A stretch of DNA of 64,000 nucleotides from assembly GCA_965153355.1 (NCBI GenBank), contig OZ231126.1, positions 5,704,001 through 5,768,000 on the forward strand, given 5' to 3'. The position numbers were made by a program, and so were the translations under genes. Source of the DNA: Flaccisagitta enflata (Eukaryota). This document shows positions 57,311 to 64,000 of the stretch, piece after piece (position 1 is the stretch's first letter; every line of letters starts with the position of its first letter). The notes beneath the pieces were generated by a model. The model was not told where the DNA came from, ran no database searches, and saw only the letters and a list, made by a program, of their open reading frames with translations.

Positions 57311-59112
57311 AGCAGAATGCATCTCAACTTGATCATTACGGACAGACCAACGGACCAACAGACGGATAGATAGATGGACGGACAAAGCCTCGTGTCCGCA
57401 ACTAAAAAACTTGACTGTTTCTCATTGGATGAACATGATATATCAATAAACAATTTGTTCCATTTTTTGAGCTACTCTTATGAACTCGGTCAGTCTGTAT
57501 GTCATGACTAATGCTGTCAGGTTGTCTTTTTTGGTGCATTCTTGCAGATCTAAAACGCGTCATGTCTGTCCAGTCTTTGGTTGTTTGGTCTCATTTTGGA
57601 ATTTATGATTTTACATCTTTGATACTTTGAAGTGCTGTGATGTTGCTTGAAACTTTGATGGTGCGTATACTTTGAGTAAAAGTAGGCTGCCTAGGGCCAT
57701 TCTGCACTCAACTGTTTATGGCAGAAGGATTAGGTCAAAGCAGATATTGAGTAAAAATTTTGAGATGAGAATTTTGTATATGTGATTGCAGATTCACAAT
57801 CCTTGCAAAAGCTGCGTGAAGTAAACAAGCAACAGTAAGCGGCATGATCTACTGAAATAAACTTTTGTCATAAGAGAACAGGTTTTACTTCTCAATGGAA
57901 GATTTTAGTAAGAGACTCACACGACTAAAATCTCAGACAAATGGTTGATGTTTTATCTGTGAAAACTACCTTGAGCATAAGTCTTCGTTCACCTGGGCTA
58001 AAAACTCATTTTGCCATAAACTATGGACAAGTCAATTCACATTATGATTTAAATTGACTGACTGACTTCCTGCCATGGCAACTCCGGCCTCTATGGGTCA
58101 CTGTAATGATTTGTATGGCTTGAAAAGGTATTTTGTCAGACTTTGTCACTTGACATTATGTGCGATTTTATGTCAGTTCCTTTATTTGGAAACAAGGCCG
58201 GATACAAGGCTACCGAAGTCGCGTGCAGGTGGGCAGGGGCCATATTTGAGGTCACTAGACCATTTGGGCAGGAGCAGTGGGGTCAAAGAAATAAAATCAT
58301 AAAAAGAAGTAAAGTGGGACCAACCAACGGAGCGGGTTGTAGAGTCGCGTGCACGCGACTAAAAAGTTGAGATTCGAAGATTCGAAGACTTTTTGAGTTC
58401 CGCAAAGAAAAGTGTGGTTTTCCTTTTTTCTCATGAGGCGTTTGGGGAAATAGGTTAGTTTTGGGGGCCAAATGGGACTACACATGAAATTAATAGCTTA
58501 GAAAGAGCTAATTCTCCTCTTTCAGATGATGCCAAGCAGAATTCTGAGCGATTGATAGTTTTGGAGTTATGACTTTTTGAACCTTTTTTCATCTTTCCAC
58601 ATTTTTCGCATTTTCCCCGAAAATCAGTATTTTTCATTGATCCTTAGTTTGGGCTCTCTGTAGCATAAAAGATGAATCAAGATGTTATGCATATTGGCTC
58701 TTGACTTATGTGACGCTAGCTTTTTATCCTGCTTGCTCAAGGTTTTTGATGAACCTCTCTCTCTCATCAGCATTCACTCTTTTTCCTACGGCGATTAGCC
58801 GCCTTTATTGGTAGTTAGAAGTTATCCCTAATGTTTTCTACATCCAAAAATTCTTTAGGGGTAAAAGTCTTGGCAAATTATCATAGTAGCCCTTGGAACT
58901 TTTTTCAGCCATTTGCGTTTTTTCAGTCAATTTTGTCATGTCCAGACAAGCAAGTGTGTAGCGAGATAGTTGACATAGAAAAAAAATCATCAATTTATTT
59001 CCCAATTTACAAAAGTGACAATCTTTAAATTACTCTCATTTCCAAACGTTTTGAGCAACAAGGATGGGACCGGACTCAAATGAAAGATTTTTTGAAGCTG
59101 TTTCCAGCACTC

Positions 59113-60508
59113 GTCTCCGCAAATGTATCCGCAAATGTCTCCGCAAATGTCTCCGCAAATGTCTCTACAAAGGTCGCTACAAAGGTCGCTACAAAGGTCG
59201 CTACAAAGGTCGCTACAAAGGTCGCTACAAAGGTCGCTACAAAGGTCGCTACAAAGGTCGCTACAAAGGTCGCTACAAAGGTCTCTACAAATGTCTCTAC
59301 AAATGTCTCTACAAATGTCTCTACAAATGTCTCTACAAATGTCTCTACAAATGTCTCTACAAATGTCTCTACAAATGTCTCTACAAATGTCTCTACAAAT
59401 GTCTCTAAATGTCTCTACAAATGTCTCTACAAATGTCTCTACAAATGTCTCTCTAAATGTCTCTACAATGTCTTACAAATGTCTCTACAAATGTCTCTAC
59501 AAATGTCTCTACAAATGTCTCTACAAATGTCTCTACAAATGTCTCTACAAATGTCTCTACAAATGTCTCTACAAATGTCTCTACAAATGTCTCTACAAAT
59601 GTCTCTACAAATGTCTCTACAAATGTCTCTACAAATGTCTCTACAAATGTCTCTACAAATGTCTCTACAAAGTCTCTACAAATGTCTCTACAAATGTCTC
59701 TACAAATGTCTCTACAAATGTCTCTACAAATGTCTCTACAAATGTCTCTACAAATGTCTCTACAAATGTCTCTACAAATGTCTCTACAAATGTCTCTACA
59801 AATGTCTCTACAAATGTCTCTAATCTCTCAACAAATGTCTCTACAAATGTCTACAAATGTCTCTACAAATGTCTGTACCTCTACAAATGTCTCTACAAAT
59901 GTCTCTACAAATGTCTCTACAAGTGTCTCTACAAATGTCTCTACAAATGTCTCTACAAATGTCTCTACAAATGTCTCTACAAATGTCTCTACAAATGTCT
60001 CTACAAATGTCTCTACAAATGTCTCTACAAATGTCTCTACAAATGTCTCTACAAATGTCTCTACAAATGTCTCTACAAATGTCTCTACAAATGTCTCTAC
60101 AAATGTCTCTACAAATGTCTCTACAAATGTCTCTACAAATGTCTCTACAAATGTCTCTACAAATGTCTCTACAAATGTCTCTACAAATGTCTCTACAAAT
60201 GTCTCTACAAATGTCTCTACAAATGTCTCTACAAATGTCTCTACAAATGTCTCTACAAATGTCTCTACAAATGTCTCTACAAATGTCTCTACAAATGTCT
60301 CTACAAATGTCTCTACAAATGTCTCTACAAATGTCTCTACAAATGTCTCTACAAATGTCTCTACAAATGTCTCTACAAATGTCTCTACAAATGTCTCTAC
60401 AAATGTCTCTACAAATGTCTCTACAAATGTCTCCACAAATGTCTCCACAAATGTCTCCACAAATGTCTCCACAAATGTCTCTACAAATGTCTCTATAAAT
60501 GTCTACAA
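59113..60508. repeat. 12-bp satellite (CTACAAATGTCT)n
   Basis: Tandem array of about 1.4 kb with variant blocks at both ends. Confidence 0.97.
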
Positions 60509-60886
60509 AGCCAGGTAATTTGTGCAACATATCAATCTGTATCGGACTGACTGATCAATTATCTACCCTGAAGCCATACTTTTGGTTGCAACTTGGTTGA
60601 CTTTCCTTTATATATTCTGGTTGACTTCCATATCAGCTTGGAAATACTTTCTGGTTGACTTATTAGGATGACTTCTTTTATACCTACTTTGTGACTTTCA
60701 TATCAGCCAGGAGAAACTTTCGATTAACTTGTTTGGTTGACTCTCTTTATACATGTTGTTGATTTTTATATTAGCCAGGAAATATTTCGGGTTTACTCCA
60801 TGGCGACCATTCTGGTCTCGAAGTAAGAGAGTTCGCATCCTTTTGTCTTTTGTTTTTAGCAGTCAATCACTCAAAAGCGGGTAACA

Positions 60887-60990
60887 GGTTAGGGTTAGGG
60901 GCAGGGTTAGTGTTAGAGTTAGGGATAGGTCAGGGATAGTCTTAGGGATCAGGTTAGGGTTAGGGTTAGGGCTAGTGTTAGGGTTAGGGG
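60887..60990 (+). repeat. Degenerate interstitial (TTAGGG)n-like tract
   Basis: GGTTAGGGTTAGGG units mixed with variants. Confidence 0.7.
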
Positions 60991-62461
60991 TGTTTTAGAG
61001 CTTAATATCTACCCGCCGATTGATAGTTTGCTCTGACGGAATTTTCGGGAAACTCAAGTGCGATACTTCATCTACTAAATGATCAACATTCTTCCCTACA
61101 CTCTGGTTGACTTCGATATCAGCCAGGAAATACTCTCTAAAGTAGGGTTATTCATGTAAATAGGTGAAATCAAGACTTATGCTCTAGGTAGCAAGGGACA
61201 TGCAACTGATATGATAACTATTATTTGTTGAAGGAGGCATAGTGGCATGATTTTTAGCGGTTGAAAGCAAATCATCTCACGACGACGACGACACCCATCC
61301 GCCTTGAATTATAGTCCGCGTCGGAATGATATTCCGTTGCGGACAAAAATTAACAGTACTTAACCATTATCTCAAGCCCCACCTTGTTGCTATAGGGATC
61401 ATTGATATTTGGTGTTGCCCATGTGTAAAGAAGCGCGCCGCTGGGAGAGCCTAAAAAGGGGTATTACCCTGCACCTTTCAATGATTTTTCAAAAAGTTAA
61501 TCTTTTGAATTTTTTTTTTTGAAGCTTAAGCGGAAAGGCATAAACAATTTCTAACAAAAGGAACCACAAGACAACTACTCCCTTCCCCAACATTTCATCA
61601 GTTTTCAATGAATAAGCATATAGTTTACTTATAATTTAGCATCAGAGACTGTTATGATAAAAAAATAAAATCAAAAAGAAGCGGCGGCATTTGAATTCCT
61701 GTATGATTCAGTCATGTTTAACAGAAATGATCCCGCCTGTGATTTAAGTAGACCCATTTCATTCTTTCTGAGCTTCTCGATGTGTAAAAGGAAAATAAGG
61801 CATTTTCAAACAAATTTTTAGGAAATGTCAAGTCAATATTGTTGACATAACAGGTGATAGGGCATTCAAATATGGGCTTTGCTGAAATATTTGAAAGTCA
61901 AATCTTAGAGGATCCCTGGGGAAATCCCCTGGTATCCCTAGTTGAAACTAAATCATTTAATTTTCCAATGATGATTTTTGTGTGTATCACAGATATTCCA
62001 GACTTATTTCTTTTACTGGGGACATCAGGGCTGTTGCCTATTGCCTGTCCCCAATAAGTGTTGGCTGTCCCCAATTAGTGTCGCTTGTCCCCAATAAGCC
62101 TCACCCATCCCATTGTAATTCTCTGATTGATGTACTTTCTTTTTTTGCTTCATTCAAACAGAAGCATAAAAAAAAAAAATTTGACAGTTCTTAAGCCTTA
62201 GGTAAGCTTTTTTTCTCGCCCTTTTTCTTTTTATCTAGTCATAGTTTTCTTAAATAGTCATGATAATGCAATGTTTACAAAAAACAAATCAAGGCGCGGA
62301 ATGCCATGGAAATGAACGAATGAAACATTCAAATGGTAAAAAGTCATCAAGGGGGCAGCAGTGGGGGTTGGTGACAACAGGACGATGACAGAAGTTGGGA
62401 TGGAAGACAATTTGACCAAGGAGTAAAGAAATAATGTTAAGGCAGCATTTGATAAGGGGTA

Positions 62462-62874
62462 GACCTCCCAGAAAAACTCATTTTATGGGAAAATAGTCAT
62501 CCCTGCAGCTTTTCTCAAAGAAAATACACCAAAGAATAAGAATTCAGCAGAAAAATTTTTTTTGAAATTTGTTTATGGTGGAAGTGTTAGGCAAGCCCGG
62601 GCGATTTTGCATTTTCTTTAACAATACAATACACCATACAATTTTTCAAAGTATTGGGTCAATACAATACAATACCAATACAATACAATATCGTAAAGAA
62701 TTGTACCCAATACGTAACAATATTTCAATTCACTTAATAAAATTTTTTAGTTGAATCTTAAATAAATAGTTGAAGCTTTAACTCATTTTTTATATACTTG
62801 ATCAAAAAAGAATTTTTTAATATTTTTCAAAACTTTCATACATCAATATTTTCTTTCATATATTTTTTATCTTT

Positions 62875-62929
<55 letters not shown>

Positions 62930-63766
62930 CTTGAGTGAACTGACCCAGGATTAGATCTGAGAGAAAATCGATCCTTCCTCCTCCTCATCTTCATTTTCCT
63001 GACCTCATTCTCTTCTTTTTTACTTTTTTTCTGTATTTCCTTAAAAAATTGATCTCTCTTCATCCTCCTCATCTACCTAACCTTATCCTCTTCTTCTTCC
63101 TTACTTTTATTTTTCACCAGTTTGTTTGACCTTTCTAGGAATTCCACTATTTTCTTTTTAAAAAATTATATAATTGTATTGTATTGTAAAAATAACAATA
63201 CCTATAGTAAGTATTGGGTAAACCCAATACTTACAAGTATTGTAAATACAATACAATACCCAATACGAATCGCCCGGCCTTGGTGTTAGGTCAAAGGTGA
63301 TATAAGGTCAAAATTTCAAAATGAGAATTTTGCAAATCTGATTGCAGATTCATGATCCTTGCAAAAAACTGTCATAAGGAAGTGTTCTTCTTTTTGTGAT
63401 ATTCCTTCAGAAAGATTGTCAAAATTGAGGTCAAAGATCTAAATAAGGCCAGTTTTAAACAAAAGCGCAATTTTGACCCAATCTAGATCTTTGACCTTGA
63501 TTTTGACAATGTTCCTGAAGGAATATCAATAAAAGAAGAGCACTTTCTTTTGACAGTTTTTTGCAAGGATTATGAATCTGCATTCAGATTCATAAAATTC
63601 TCATTTTGAAATTCTGACCTTATATCACCTTTGGCCTAATACTTCTGCCATCAAAAAATTTCAAAAAAATTTTTTCCTGCTGAATTCTTATTCAGTGGTG
63701 TATGATCTTCAAAAAAAGCCGCAGGGATTAGTATTTTTTTACAAAATTAGTTATTCTGGGAGACTT
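62462..63766. mobile_element. Foldback MITE interrupted by a nested hAT-like MITE
   Basis: The left arm (CTCCCAGAA...GAATAAGAATTCAGCAG...) mirrors the right arm (...CTGCTGAATTCTTATTC...TTCTGGGAG); the centre is near 63460. Confidence 0.7.
62592..63282. mobile_element. hAT-like MITE
   Basis: TIR CAAGCCCGGGCGATT / AATCGCCCGGCCTTG; 8-bp TSD GTGTTAGG at 62584-62591 and 63283-63290; subterminal CAATAC repeats. Confidence 0.85.
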
Positions 63767-64000
63767 AATGAGGGGCATCATGGACAGCAGATGAAAATTC
63801 GAGGAACAACGGGACCAAAGCAGTAGTGAGAATAGAGGGGAAGATAGTAATTAGGTAACAAGGGAGAAAGAGGAGTATGACATTGCTTAGATAGCAGTAG
63901 GGGTACATAAGGAGAACAGGACATGGGTAGCAGGTGGGGTGGTGGAGGTTTAAGAGAAGGCAGCAGTTGTGAGGATCATTGAGTAGCGCATAGAGCACAG

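Noticed and set aside
59064-60550. Long ORFs in several frames (KCLY, STNV, MSLQ repeats)
   Set aside because: A stop-free 12-bp satellite with no coding evidence.
60887-60990. Telomere or chromosome fusion site
   Set aside because: The tract is short, degenerate and in one orientation; a similar tract lies within the MITE at about 46722-46806, so it is probably element-internal.
61383-61450. AG...GT bounded 68-nt candidate minus-strand exon
   Set aside because: No frame resembles GPC1, and I cannot link it to other exons.
63765-63998. 77-aa hydrophobic minus ORF at the window edge
   Set aside because: No recognisable motif or splice context; it cannot be assigned to GPC1.

Overview
Repeat-rich, intron-rich invertebrate animal DNA; nothing here looks prokaryotic. 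Reading GT-AG junctions by hand gave five minus-strand genes in the same orientation: a GPC1/GPCAT-like acyltransferase (3' exons only, 47973-43661), CEP112 (19 exons, 42074-20788, about 942 aa), ZNF839-like (6 exons, 20054-16025, about 999 aa), an atypical cyclin D (8 exons, 15485-9435, about 520 aa) and a clarin-family tetraspan (3 exons, 5243-3373, about 249 aa). A 3-exon orphan gene for a 179-aa single-pass, tail-anchored-like membrane protein sits antisense inside CEP112 intron 8 (+, 29662-33731). Recurrent oddities: tandem duplications that copy splice junctions and create stacked decoy acceptors and donors; only 0.5-1.5 kb between the four upstream genes, with a splice acceptor upstream of each downstream start codon (possible trans-spliced operon); a CCAAT/E-box array embedded in cyclin D coding exon 1; and a Helentron/HINE-like repeat family whose terminal hairpin covaries. 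The rest is hAT and Tc1-type MITEs or foldbacks, plus micro- and minisatellites, which make up most of 48-64 kb. Family assignments come from motifs I recognise, not database searches, and there is no expression evidence.
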